Source: an uncultured Clostridia bacterium (GTDB lineage: Bacteria > Bacillota > Clostridia > TANB77 > CAG-508). Taken from it: 32,000 bases of DNA. A program made the translations under genes and the position numbers. The stretch covers positions 7,130-39,129 of the forward strand of contig CANQHI010000010.1 in the NCBI GenBank assembly GCA_947623725.1, written 5' to 3'. A model generated the notes under the pieces. The model saw only the letters and a program-made list of their open reading frames with translations, was not told where the DNA came from and made no database searches. Positions 1 to 9,140 of this stretch are shown piece by piece. Positions within the stretch are counted from its first letter, which is position 1; each line of letters starts with the position of its first letter.

Positions 1-1369
1 CTATTTCATGTCCAATATCAGTTAATCTTAAATCCGCATTATCTTGCCTTAAAAGTAATCTATATTCTGCACGAGATGTCATCATTCTATATGGCTCATT
101 CGTTCCTTTTGTTACTATATCATCAATAAGAACTCCAATATATGCTTGACTTCTATCTAATATAATAGGTTCTTTTTCTTTAATTTTTAATGATGCATTT
201 ATTCCTGCCATTAAACCCTGTGCTGCTGCTTCTTCATATCCAGATGTTCCATTAATTTGACCAGCAAAAAATAATCCCTCTATATTTTTATGTTCAAGTG
301 ATAATTTCAATTCTTGTGGATCAATGCAGTCATATTCAATAGCATAAGCTGGTCTTGTAAATTCAACATGTTCCATTCCAGGAATTGTTCTATACATTGC
401 AATTTGTACCTCTTCTGGTAAAGATGAACTCATTCCTTGAACATACATTTCATCAGTATTTCTTCCTATTGGTTCAATAAATAATTGATGTCTTTCTTTA
501 TCTGCAAATCTTACCACTTTATCCTCAATTGATGGACAATATCTTGGTCCTGTTCCATGAATCTTTCCAGAATATAATGGAGATTTATCTAAATTATCTC
601 TTATAATTTGATGAGTTTTTTCATTTGTATAAGTTAAATAGCATGGTAATTGATCTTCACAACTTGAAAAATTATTTTCTAATGAAAAAGGTGTTATTTC
701 TTCATCTCCATTTTGAATTTGCATTTTATCAAAATCTAAACTTCTTTTATTTACTCTTGCTGGAGTTCCTGTTTTAAATCTATTTACTTTTATTCCTAAT
801 TTTTTTAATATTTCAGTTAACTTATTTGCTGCAGAAACACCGTCTGGTCCACTAGAATATGCAACATCTCCTATATGTATCATTCCGCCCAAATATGTAC
901 CTGTTGCTAAAATAACTGCTTTTACATTATATATAGCTCCAATATTTGTTTCTATACTTTTTACTTTGTTATTTTCAACATTTATATTTACAATTTCTGC
1001 TTGTTTTAAAAATAAGTTTTCTTGCTTTTCTAATGTATGTTTCATTTCTGCTTGATATTGTTTTCTATCTGCTTGCGCTCTTAATGAATAAACTGCTGGT
1101 CCTTTTGATGTATTAAGCATCTTTAATTGTGTAAATGTTTTATCTATATTTTTTCCCATTTCTCCACCAAGACAATCTATCTCTCTTACAATGTGTCCTT
1201 TTGAACTGCCACCTATATGTGGATTGCAAGGCATATTTGCAACAGCTTCCAAACTAATTGAAAATACTAAAGTTTTCATATTCATTCTTGCACAAGCGAG
1301 TCCTGCTTCACATCCAGCATGTCCAGCTCCTATAACTGCTACATCATAATCTCCTGCATTATAACTCAT
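1..1369 (-). CDS. mnmG: tRNA uridine 5-carboxymethylaminomethyl modification enzyme MnmG (GidA), N-terminal ~456 codons; 3' end runs off the window
   Basis: Not in the ORF track because it is open at the window edge. Reverse complement from ATG (1369-1367) reads [27 protein letters not shown]..., the FAD-binding GxGxxG N-terminus typical of MnmG. The frame stays open to position 1. Conserved position next to mnmE. Confidence 0.9.
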   Translation of the reverse strand, partial: MSYNAGDYDVAVIGAGHAGCEAGLACARMNMKTLVFSISLEAVANMPCNPHIGGSSKGHIVREIDCLGGEMGKNIDKTFTQLKMLNTSKGPAVYSLRAQADRKQYQAEMKHTLEKQENLFLKQAEIVNINVENNKVKSIETNIGAIYNVKAVILATGTYLGGMIHIGDVAYSSGPDGVSAANKLTEILKKLGIKVNRFKTGTPARVNKRSLDFDKMQIQNGDEEITPFSLENNFSSCEDQLPCYLTYTNEKTHQIIRDNLDKSPLYSGKIHGTGPRYCPSIEDKVVRFADKERHQLFIEPIGRNTDEMYVQGMSSSLPEEVQIAMYRTIPGMEHVEFTRPAYAIEYDCIDPQELKLSLEHKNIEGLFFAGQINGTSGYEEAAAQGLMAGINASLKIKEKEPIILDRSQAYIGVLIDDIVTKGTNEPYRMMTSRAEYRLLLRQDNADLRLTDIGHEI

Positions 1370-1503
1370 TTCCTACATCCTTTCTTTATGATTTATACTA
1401 ATTAATTTTTTGTTCTTTATGAAACAAAAACACTTAGTTAAAAAATTCTTTTGTTTTTTTGTTTCAATCCTTTTAATTTGTATATTTTTTGTGTTCGGTT
1501 TTA

Positions 1504-2877
1504 CTATTTTCCTAAACAGAATTTACTGAATATTTCATTTATTATATCCTCAGATACATTTTTCCCTGTAATCTCCCCTAATTCCTCTAATGCTTGCTTT
1601 ATTTGTATTGATGATATATCAATTGGCATATTATTTTTTATTGAAATAATTGCTTGATTTATATTTTCTTTCGCTTTTTTTATTTGATTTTTATGTCTTT
1701 CATTTGTTATTAAAATTTCATTATCATTATATAATTCATTTAAACTAAATACTTCTATTATTTTATCATATAATTTATCTAGTCCACTTCTATCCATAGC
1801 TGAGATTTTAATTGTTGGTTTACATAATTTATTTACACTATTTTCCAATACTTCATTCTTTTGCTCTATATCTACTTTATTTAATACAATTATTGCATTT
1901 TTATTTTTAATAATATCTATTATTTCTTTATCTTCTTCTTCTAATTCCCTTGATAAATCAAATATTGCAATAATTAAATCAGCTTCATTTGCAAGCTTTT
2001 TACTTTTCTCTACTCCTATCTTTTCAATTTCATTATCTGCATTTCTAATTCCTGCTGTATCAATAATTTTTAAAGTTAATCCATTAATATTAATAAATTC
2101 TTCTATTGAATCTCTTGTAGTTCCCTTTATATCACTAACAATAGCTCTATCTTCATTTAAAATTGCATTTAATAATGAAGATTTTCCTGCATTTGGCTTA
2201 CCTAATATTACTGTTTTTATTCCATCTCTAATTAATTTTCCTTTATCAAAACTTTTTTCTAAATTCTCTAACATTTTATTTACTTCATACATTTTTTCTA
2301 ATGCATCTTTATTTGTAATTTCTTCAATATCATATTCTGGATAATCAACAATAACTTCAATATTAACCATGACATCTATTATTTTTTGTTCTATTTCATT
2401 TATTTTTTTTGATAAATCCCCTTCTAGCTCTTTTATTGATTCCTTTGCTTCTTTATCTGATTTTGAATTAATTAAATTTATTATTGATTCTGCTTGAGCT
2501 AAATCAATCCTACCATTTAAAAATGCTCTTTTGGTAAACTCTCCTGGTTCAGCTAATTCTGCTCCGTTATTTAAGCATACATCTAATATTTTTCTTTCGA
2601 CTATCATTCCTCCATGAGTATTTATTTCACACATATCCTCTCTTGTGTAGCTATTTGGACCTATAAAATAAGATACCAAAACTTCATCAATTATTTCATT
2701 ATTTTCTGGATTAATTATATTTCCATATTTTAATGAATAACCTTTCATTTTATTATTTTTATTTTTTGGTATAAATATTTTATTTATTATTTCAAAACTT
2801 TTATTTCCAGATAATCTTATAATTCCTATTCCACCGTTTCCAGCTGCAGTTGAAATAGCAACTATTGTATTTTCCAT
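1504..2877 (-). CDS. mnmE: tRNA modification GTPase MnmE (TrmE)
   Basis: 457 aa. G-domain motifs GKPNAGKSSLLN (G1), DTAGIR (G3), NKVD (G4). Family-typical C-terminal CLGK. SD AAGGAG upstream of the ATG. Confidence 0.95.
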   Translation of the reverse strand: MENTIVAISTAAGNGGIGIIRLSGNKSFEIINKIFIPKNKNNKMKGYSLKYGNIINPENNEIIDEVLVSYFIGPNSYTREDMCEINTHGGMIVERKILDVCLNNGAELAEPGEFTKRAFLNGRIDLAQAESIINLINSKSDKEAKESIKELEGDLSKKINEIEQKIIDVMVNIEVIVDYPEYDIEEITNKDALEKMYEVNKMLENLEKSFDKGKLIRDGIKTVILGKPNAGKSSLLNAILNEDRAIVSDIKGTTRDSIEEFININGLTLKIIDTAGIRNADNEIEKIGVEKSKKLANEADLIIAIFDLSRELEEEDKEIIDIIKNKNAIIVLNKVDIEQKNEVLENSVNKLCKPTIKISAMDRSGLDKLYDKIIEVFSLNELYNDNEILITNERHKNQIKKAKENINQAIISIKNNMPIDISSIQIKQALEELGEITGKNVSEDIINEIFSKFCLGK

Positions 2878-3430
2878 TAATTTGCTCCTTTTATTTTTTA
2901 TTTTTTATTTTTTTATTATTTAATTTTATTATTATAATTTTTATTATTTTATTTATTATTAAATTAATTTTTTTATTATTTAATATTTTTTTAATATATT
3001 ATTAATTATTTAAAAATTAAAATTTCTTTTATTTATATTGTTATTATATTATTTCCATTTTATATTTCTATTTTTTTAATTTATATTTATTTTTTATTAT
3101 TTTATATATTTTTTTTAATACTTTTTATTATTTATTATTTTATTTTCATTATATTATTAATTATTTAAAAATTATATTTTTATTTATATTGTTATTATAT
3201 TATTTTTTTATCTTTCTATTTTTTATTAATTTTAATTTATATTTTTTTATTTATTATTTTATATTTATTATTTATTTTTATTTTTCTATTTTTATTAATT
3301 AATTTATATTTATTTTTTTAGTTATTTTATTTATCATTTTTATTTATTTTTTAATAATTAATTTTTTTATTTTATTTAATTATTTAATTTTTATTTTAAA
3401 TTAATTTTTTATTATAAAAAAAATTAAATA
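2878..3430. repeat. A/T-only low-complexity spacer with degenerate ~155-bp tandem structure
   Basis: About 540 nt between mnmE start and jag terminator with only about a dozen G/C by hand count; T-rich on + strand. Block at 2998-3055 recurs at 3153-3206 (22 nt and 29 nt identical runs). A second unit (ttctattttt..aatttatattta..attttat) recurs near 3066, 3215 and 3285. Confidence 0.8.
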
Positions 3431-3482
3431 AAAAGTCAAAGTAAGATTGTTTCTAAAAACTTAATCTCGAACTTTGACTTCG
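3421..3482 (-). terminator. Rho-independent terminator downstream of jag
   Basis: Perfect 10-bp stem aagtcaaagt (3433-3442) / actttgactt (3471-3480), followed on the minus strand by a T-rich run (tttatttaattt). Confidence 0.6.
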
Positions 3483-3497
3483 ATTTTATTATTTTAA

Positions 3498-4193
3498 TTA
3501 TTTATTTATATCAACTACTAATTTTCTATGAGGTTCTTCCCCTATACTATATGTAATAACTTTTTTGCTATTTTGTAATTCAGTATGTATTATTTTTCTT
3601 TCATAAGCTGTCATAGGCTCTAAAACTACTTTTTTTCTAGTTCTTATTACTGTTCTTTCTAATTTTTTTGCTAATTCTTTTAAAGTATTTTCTCTTTTTT
3701 GTTTATAATCACATATATCTAAGGAAATTCTTACTCTATCACTAGTTCTTTTATTTCCAATTGCAGTTAGAATTGTTTGTATAGAATTTATAATGTCTCC
3801 CCTATATCCAATTAATTTGCTTGAATTTTCACCATTAATAATAACTTCAACTAAATTATTATTTTTATTTATTTCATATTCTAATCCACCAAATACTGAT
3901 GCAAAATCATCTAGAAATTTTTTCAAATCTTCTTTAGCTAAATTAAAATCTTCTTCACTTAAAATTTTTTCTTCTTTTATTACTGGTTTTATTCTTTCTT
4001 CTTTAGGTCTAATATTTTCTTTTACTGTTAATTCAACCTTTACTATTCTTGGTGAAAGTATACTATAAAAACTTCTTTTTTCTTCATTTTCTAAAATTTT
4101 TACATCTACATCTTCCCTACTTACACCTAATTCTTTTAATCCTTTATTAATAGCTTCTGTTGATGTTTTTCCTTCAGATACTACAGATTTCAT
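3498..4193 (-). CDS. jag: Jag/KhpB-type RNA-binding protein (Jag_N, KH, R3H domains)
   Basis: 231 aa. N-terminal MKSVVSEGKTSTEAINKGLKELG (Jag_N-like). C-terminal R3H-like LEPMTAYERKIIHTELQ. Conserved position directly downstream of yidC. Confidence 0.85.
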   Translation of the reverse strand: MKSVVSEGKTSTEAINKGLKELGVSREDVDVKILENEEKRSFYSILSPRIVKVELTVKENIRPKEERIKPVIKEEKILSEEDFNLAKEDLKKFLDDFASVFGGLEYEINKNNNLVEVIINGENSSKLIGYRGDIINSIQTILTAIGNKRTSDRVRISLDICDYKQKRENTLKELAKKLERTVIRTRKKVVLEPMTAYERKIIHTELQNSKKVITYSIGEEPHRKLVVDINK

Positions 4194-4248
4194 TTTTTAC
4201 CTCCTAAAGTTAATATACCATTTTTATAATAAAATATCAATTTATTTT

Positions 4249-5109
4249 TTACTCTTCTGCTTCTTTTTTTATAAATATTTTATTTATTACTATCCTCTCT
4301 ATTAATTGTAGTATGTTACTGACAAACCAATATAATGATAATCCTAATGGTGCAATTATTGCAATTGCTATAGACATAATCGGCATCATATAATTCATGC
4401 TATTTGTCATTTGTTGCATACTTTCAAGTTGATCTTCTGTAGTTTCTTCTTTATCTTTTTTATCTACCTTTTTAACTTCTTTTTTCTTTTCTTTATTTTG
4501 ATTTTGTGTTAATGCAGTAGATAATTTAATATTTAAAAATGTAGTTAAAATATATAATATTGGAATAATATATACTTTAAAATCTTTCAAATTCTGCATT
4601 GGTACTTTGCTTAAGTCTAATCCTAAGAAGTTCATATTAATATTAACATTTTCATCTTCACTAGACTTTTTCTCTATTATTTTTATTTCTGGATATGATG
4701 ATAATTCGCCATTTTCTTTAATTTCATTAGTATAATTATTAATTACTGTACTATCAACTTTTTTCATATAAGTTAAAGGTCTACTAACTAAATAAAATAC
4801 TGATAAAAATATAAGTAATTGAAGTATTGAACTAAGACATCCTGAAAAAGGACTCATCTTTTCTCTTTTATATAAATCAAGTGTTTCCCTATTTAATTTT
4901 TCTGGATCATTTTTATATTTTACCTTTATGCTATTCATTTCTTCTTGAATTTTTGCAGATTTTTTCATTGTTTTTTGTTGTTTTACTGTAATCGGTAATA
5001 ATAATAATTTTAATAAAATAGAAAATATAATAATTGCCCATCCATAATTTTGCACAAAATTATATAAAAAATTCAGTACATATCCAAATAAATTTGCTAA
5101 AAAAGCCAT
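4249..5109 (-). CDS. yidC: Membrane protein insertase YidC/OxaA (SpoIIIJ family)
   Basis: 286 aa, multiple hydrophobic helices, conserved KMSPFSGCLSSILQLLIF segment, basic C-terminus. Synteny rnpA-yidD-yidC-jag. Confidence 0.9.
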   Translation of the reverse strand: MAFLANLFGYVLNFLYNFVQNYGWAIIIFSILLKLLLLPITVKQQKTMKKSAKIQEEMNSIKVKYKNDPEKLNRETLDLYKREKMSPFSGCLSSILQLLIFLSVFYLVSRPLTYMKKVDSTVINNYTNEIKENGELSSYPEIKIIEKKSSEDENVNINMNFLGLDLSKVPMQNLKDFKVYIIPILYILTTFLNIKLSTALTQNQNKEKKKEVKKVDKKDKEETTEDQLESMQQMTNSMNYMMPIMSIAIAIIAPLGLSLYWFVSNILQLIERIVINKIFIKKEAEE

Positions 5110-5122
5110 TTATACTCTCCTT

Positions 5123-5341
5123 TCACTTTAATAGGTCTACCCCACCTTTAGAAAATGGATTACATTTTAATAATCTTATTACACCTAAAAAAATTCCTTT
5201 TATACATCCATATTTTTCTATTGCTTGTTTCATATATTCTGAACAACTAGGATAATATTTACAATTTACTCCTAGATTATGTAGAACTGGAGATATTTTT
5301 CTTTGGTAAAAGTTTATTATTTTTATAAAGAAACTTTTCAT
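5123..5341 (-). CDS. yidD: Membrane protein insertion efficiency factor YidD
   Basis: 72 aa with the family signature FYQRKISP...CKYYPSCSEYMKQAIEKYG. Overlaps the rnpA stop by 4 nt. Confidence 0.9.
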   Translation of the reverse strand: MKSFFIKIINFYQRKISPVLHNLGVNCKYYPSCSEYMKQAIEKYGCIKGIFLGVIRLLKCNPFSKGGVDLLK

Positions 5342-5679
5342 TTTAATATTCCTATTTTTGAAAACATTTTTTTTATATCATTATAAATAACATCATAAGA
5401 AAGATTTTCTATATTTTCATTTTTATTCCAAATAAAAACTAAGTCATGTCCTTTAGTAGTATCTTTTTCTAATATTTGATAAACAGCTCTTATTTTTCTT
5501 TTTATTTTATTCCTTTTTACTGCTTTGCATAACTTTGAACTAATTGCAATTCCTAATCTGTTATAATCATATTTATTTTTTAAATCGTATAAAATAACCT
5601 GTTTTCCTATGTAATACTTTCCTTTATTAAAAACATTTTTAAATTCATAGTTCATTTTTAAAGTTTTTATTTTTTTCAT
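5338..5679 (-). CDS. rnpA: Ribonuclease P protein component
   Basis: 113 aa, basic, RLGIAISSKLCKAVKRNKIKRKIR motif. Located directly downstream of rpmH. Confidence 0.9.
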   Translation of the reverse strand: MKKIKTLKMNYEFKNVFNKGKYYIGKQVILYDLKNKYDYNRLGIAISSKLCKAVKRNKIKRKIRAVYQILEKDTTKGHDLVFIWNKNENIENLSYDVIYNDIKKMFSKIGILK

Positions 5680-5741
5680 ACCTTAATTCCTTATATAAGG
5701 CACAAAATTTTATGAATAATATTATTTATTCAACCTTATAC

Positions 5742-5773
5742 CTTAAAAAAGGTCACCAACCTTTGTGACCTTT
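5742..5773 (-). terminator. Hairpin terminator/attenuator between rpmH and rnpA
   Basis: Stem aaaggtcac (5748-5756) / gtgaccttt (5765-5773), followed on the minus strand by TTTTTT (complement of 5745-5750). Confidence 0.7.
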
Positions 5774-5787
5774 ATTTTATGCGCACT

Positions 5788-5922
5788 TTAAGCACTTAAT
5801 TTTTTTCTACCTTTTGCACGTCTTGCTTTTATTACATTTCTTCCTTGTTTAGTAGACATTCTTTTTAGAAATCCATGTTCTTTTTTTGCTTGTCTCTTTT
5901 TTGGTTGATATGTTCTTTTCAT
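5788..5922 (-). CDS. rpmH: 50S ribosomal protein L34
   Basis: Too short for the ORF track. Reverse complement from ATG (5922-5920) gives [44 protein letters not shown] (44 aa), stop TAA at 5790-5788, SD GGAGGTG at 5927-5934. Confidence 0.92.
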   Translation of the reverse strand: MKRTYQPKKRQAKKEHGFLKRMSTKQGRNVIKARRAKGRKKLSA

Positions 5923-6143
5923 TATTGCACCTCCACTTTCTATTGCTTACAGATAATTATAATCGCAGTTAATATTATACCTTTTTATAATAATTATGTC
6001 AATAGTTTTAGGGATTTTAGTTATAAAATTTTTTTAATTTACATTTACTTTTTCACTTTACCATTTTTTTATTATAAAAATTAATAATTAATATTTTCTA
6101 CAAATTATTATATAAAAATAATTATTTTATTTTTTATTTTTTC

Positions 6144-6173
6144 TTGACTATTTATGTCTAATTTTGATATTAT
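6144..6173 (+). promoter_or_regulatory. Candidate sigma-A promoter for dnaA
   Basis: TTGACT (6144-6149), 18-nt spacer, TG-n-TATTAT extended -10 (6165-6173). Confidence 0.45.
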
Positions 6174-6216
6174 GTAGAAGTAATAAAAGAAACTAAAGAA
6201 GATGTTATTTAAATAA

Positions 6217-6248
6217 ATTTCCACATATTTTGTATATTATGTGGATAT
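6217..6248. promoter_or_regulatory. Inverted pair of DnaA boxes upstream of dnaA (left part of bipartite oriC)
   Basis: atttccaca (6217-6225, 2 mismatches to TTATCCACA) and tgtggatat (6240-6248, complement ATATCCACA, 1 mismatch). They form an 8-bp inverted repeat tccacata-N10-tatgtgga. Confidence 0.6.
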
Positions 6249-6304
6249 TATAAATAACTTTTTTTATTATTTGTAAAAAAAATATTAACTAAAGGGGAAA
6301 GAAA

Positions 6305-7642
6305 ATGTCTAATGAGTCAATAAATGACCTTTGGAACAAAGCAAAGGATTTATTAAAAGAAGAAACAACAGTAATTACATATGAAACATGGATTCAACCA
6401 TTAGAATTAAAAAGTATTAATGACAATATTATTGTTCTAACTGCATCTAATTCCTTCCAAAGGGACACAGTAGAATCAAGATATATTGATTTATTAACAA
6501 ATACCTTTAATTTTATTACAAATAAAAAATGCAAAATTTTTATAAAATTAGATAATGAAGAAAATGATGTTTTATCTCAGATTCCCAAAATAGGGAATAA
6601 GAAGATGTTTTTAGATTCAGGACTTAATCCAAAATATACATTTAGTTCATTTGTTGTTGGTAGTAACAATAAATTTGCACAAGCAGCAGCAATAGGAGTT
6701 ACCGAAACACCAGGTTCAAAATATAATCCATTTTTTATTTATGGTGGAGTAGGGTTGGGGAAGACCCATTTAATGCATGCTATTGGAAATCAAATTCTTG
6801 AAAATAATCCTAATGCTCAAATTTTATATGTTACTTCTGAAACATTTATGAACCAATTAATTAATGCATTAAAAGATCAATCTACTGAAAAATTTAGAGA
6901 AAAATATAGAAATATAGATGTATTATTAATAGATGATATTCAATTTATTGCAAATAAAAAAAGTACACAAGAGGAATTTTTTCATACATTTAATACTTTA
7001 TATGAAGCAGGAAAACAAATTGTTTTATCAAGTGATAAACCACCAAAAGATATAGAATTATTAGAAGATAGATTAAAGTCAAGATTTGATTGGGGAGTAA
7101 TAGCAGACATTTCAAGCCCTGATTATGAAACTCGTTTAGCCATTTTAAGAAAAAAGACTCAACTTGAAAATATTATAATTAATGATGACATACTTTCTGA
7201 AATAGCAACAAGAGTAGAATCAAATATTAGAGAACTTGAAGGAATACTTAATAAACTTACAACAATTTCAACTTTAACAGGCAGTCCTATAACAATGGAA
7301 ATGGCACAAAAAGCCATAAATGATATTGTTGCTTCACAGGATAAAGTTATTTCGTCTGACTATATTCAAGAAGTTGTTGGAAAATATTTTGATGTTTCAC
7401 CTCAAGATTTAAGAGGATCAAAAAGATCTAATGATGTAACTTTTCCAAGACAGGTTGCAATGTATTTATGTAGAAATGTTGCTCAAATGTCATTACCTCA
7501 GATAGGAAATGATTTTGGAAAAAGAGATCATACAACTGTAATGCATGCTTGTAATAAAATTGAAAGTCAAATTAAGACTAATTATAAAAATACAAAACAG
7601 ATTGTGGAAAGTGTGAAAAACATATTGCTTTCTAAAAACTAA
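6305..7642 (+). CDS. dnaA: Chromosomal replication initiator protein DnaA
   Basis: 445 aa. Walker A GGVGLGKTHL, Walker B LLIDDIQF. C-terminal DNA-binding domain with RDHTTVMHA. SD AAAGGGGAAAG. Confidence 0.97.
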   Translation: MSNESINDLWNKAKDLLKEETTVITYETWIQPLELKSINDNIIVLTASNSFQRDTVESRYIDLLTNTFNFITNKKCKIFIKLDNEENDVLSQIPKIGNKKMFLDSGLNPKYTFSSFVVGSNNKFAQAAAIGVTETPGSKYNPFFIYGGVGLGKTHLMHAIGNQILENNPNAQILYVTSETFMNQLINALKDQSTEKFREKYRNIDVLLIDDIQFIANKKSTQEEFFHTFNTLYEAGKQIVLSSDKPPKDIELLEDRLKSRFDWGVIADISSPDYETRLAILRKKTQLENIIINDDILSEIATRVESNIRELEGILNKLTTISTLTGSPITMEMAQKAINDIVASQDKVISSDYIQEVVGKYFDVSPQDLRGSKRSNDVTFPRQVAMYLCRNVAQMSLPQIGNDFGKRDHTTVMHACNKIESQIKTNYKNTKQIVESVKNILLSKN

Positions 7643-7650
7643 TTACAATA

Positions 7651-7702
7651 TCAAACAAAAATGCTTATTAATAAAATTTCTGTTTGTAAAATTTTTGTTT
7701 GA
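7651..7702 (+). terminator. Possible dnaA terminator (12-bp perfect inverted repeat)
   Basis: tcaaacaaaaat (7651-7662) / atttttgtttga (7691-7702). The 28-nt loop is long and the T tail is weak. Confidence 0.35.
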
Positions 7703-7743
7703 TAATAATTTATTAAAATTTACTTACGGAATAAACACATTGA

Positions 7744-7960
7744 TTATCCACATACCCTTGTTGAAAACCTGTAGAAAAAATGTGTAAAACTATCATATGT
7801 GGATAAATTATTTAATAGTGTGAATAACTTATTTATTTTTCCACAAATTTATCAACAGCGATTTCCGTAGGCATTTACAGATTTAGATGAGTTTTCCACC
7901 GAATCCACAGCACCTACTATTACTACTACTATATATATTTATATTATTATATAAGAAAGG
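7744..7960. promoter_or_regulatory. oriC right part: DnaA-box cluster, DnaA-trios and AT-rich unwinding element
   Basis: Perfect TTATCCACA at 7744-7752 and, on the complement, 7798-7806. One-mismatch boxes at 7819-7827 and 7837-7845. Abutting degenerate boxes at 7892-7900 and 7901-7909. Then gcac, then cta cta tta cta cta cta (7914-7931), then A/T-only sequence up to the dnaN SD. Confidence 0.8.
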
Positions 7961-7969
7961 AACAAAAAA

Positions 7970-9091
7970 ATGAAATTTATTTGTGACAAAGAAAAATTGC
8001 TTAAAGCTATTAATTCCGTAACAAAAGCAGTAGCTGTTAGAACTACAATGCCAATTTTAGAAGGAATACTTATTCAAACTAATGATAATGATATAAAATG
8101 CACATGTTACGATAATGATTTAGGAATAGAATATATTGTTAATGACTGTAATGTAAAAGAACAAGGAGCAACAGTTGTTAATGCAACAATGTTTAGTGAA
8201 ATAATTAGAAAATTACCAGATACAGAAATAAAAATTGAAGTAAATGATAATAATTTATTAGTAATAGAATGTGAAGGTTCTTTATATAAATTAGCGACTA
8301 TGAATCCAGAAGAATTTCCAGAACTTCCAGAAATAAATGTTGAAAATTCTGTTGAAATTGAACAAAATACATTAAAAGATATGATAAGAAAAACTATATT
8401 TGCAATTAGTACAGAAGAAAATAGACCAATTTTTACAGGATGTTTATTTGAAGTTAAAAATAATAAATTAAATGTAGTAGCTGTAGATGGATTTAGATTA
8501 GCATGGAAAAATAAATTTTTACAAACAAAAACAAATGATTTTACTGCAGTAATTCCAGGAAGAACTTTAACAGAAATAAATAAAATATTACTTGATTCAT
8601 TTGATAATGTTAAAATTGGAATTGCAAAAAATCAAGCTTTATTTGAAATAGAAAATTGTAAAATAGTAACTAAATTGTTAGATGGAGAATTTTTAAATTA
8701 TTCAAGTGTTATTCCAGAAAAATGGGAAACAAGAGTAAGAGTAAATAGAAGTGTTTTAGCAAATTGTTTTGAAAGAATTAGTTTAATATCATCATCTAGC
8801 ATAGAGAAAGAAAAGAAGTATCCTGTAAAAGTTGCAATTGATGTTGGAAAAGTTACTATTTCCTGCACAAATCAAACTGGTGATGCAAAAGAAGAATTAT
8901 ATGTAAATACAGAAGGAAAAAATTTAGAAGCAGGATTTAACCCAAAATATTTCTTAGATGTATTTAGAAATATAGATGATGAAGAAGTATTTATAGATTT
9001 TGGAACAAGTATTTCTCCTTGTATAATAAGAAGTGTAGAAGATGAGGGAGATTACAAATATATGATATTGCCAATTAAATTAAAAAATTAA
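7970..9091 (+). CDS. dnaN: DNA polymerase III beta sliding clamp
   Basis: 373 aa. Typical MKFICDKEKLLKAI start, three-domain length, position after dnaA. Confidence 0.95.
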   Translation: MKFICDKEKLLKAINSVTKAVAVRTTMPILEGILIQTNDNDIKCTCYDNDLGIEYIVNDCNVKEQGATVVNATMFSEIIRKLPDTEIKIEVNDNNLLVIECEGSLYKLATMNPEEFPELPEINVENSVEIEQNTLKDMIRKTIFAISTEENRPIFTGCLFEVKNNKLNVVAVDGFRLAWKNKFLQTKTNDFTAVIPGRTLTEINKILLDSFDNVKIGIAKNQALFEIENCKIVTKLLDGEFLNYSSVIPEKWETRVRVNRSVLANCFERISLISSSSIEKEKKYPVKVAIDVGKVTISCTNQTGDAKEELYVNTEGKNLEAGFNPKYFLDVFRNIDDEEVFIDFGTSISPCIIRSVEDEGDYKYMILPIKLKN

Positions 9092-9096
9092 AGTAG

Positions 9097-9128
9097 TTAT
9101 CCACATTCTATTAATAGAATGTGGATAT
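9097..9128. promoter_or_regulatory. Perfect 28-bp palindrome built from two convergent DnaA boxes
   Basis: TTATCCACA at 9097-9105 and tgtggatat at 9120-9128. atccacattctatt (9099-9112) is the exact reverse complement of aatagaatgtggat (9113-9126). Confidence 0.75.
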
Positions 9129-9140
9129 TATGGAGAAAAG

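Noticed and set aside
1420-1465. 10-bp inverted repeat gaaacaaaaa/tttttgtttc between mnmE and mnmG, considered as a terminator.
   Set aside because: The stem is A/T-only with a long loop and no T-tail on the minus strand. mnmE-mnmG are normally co-transcribed.
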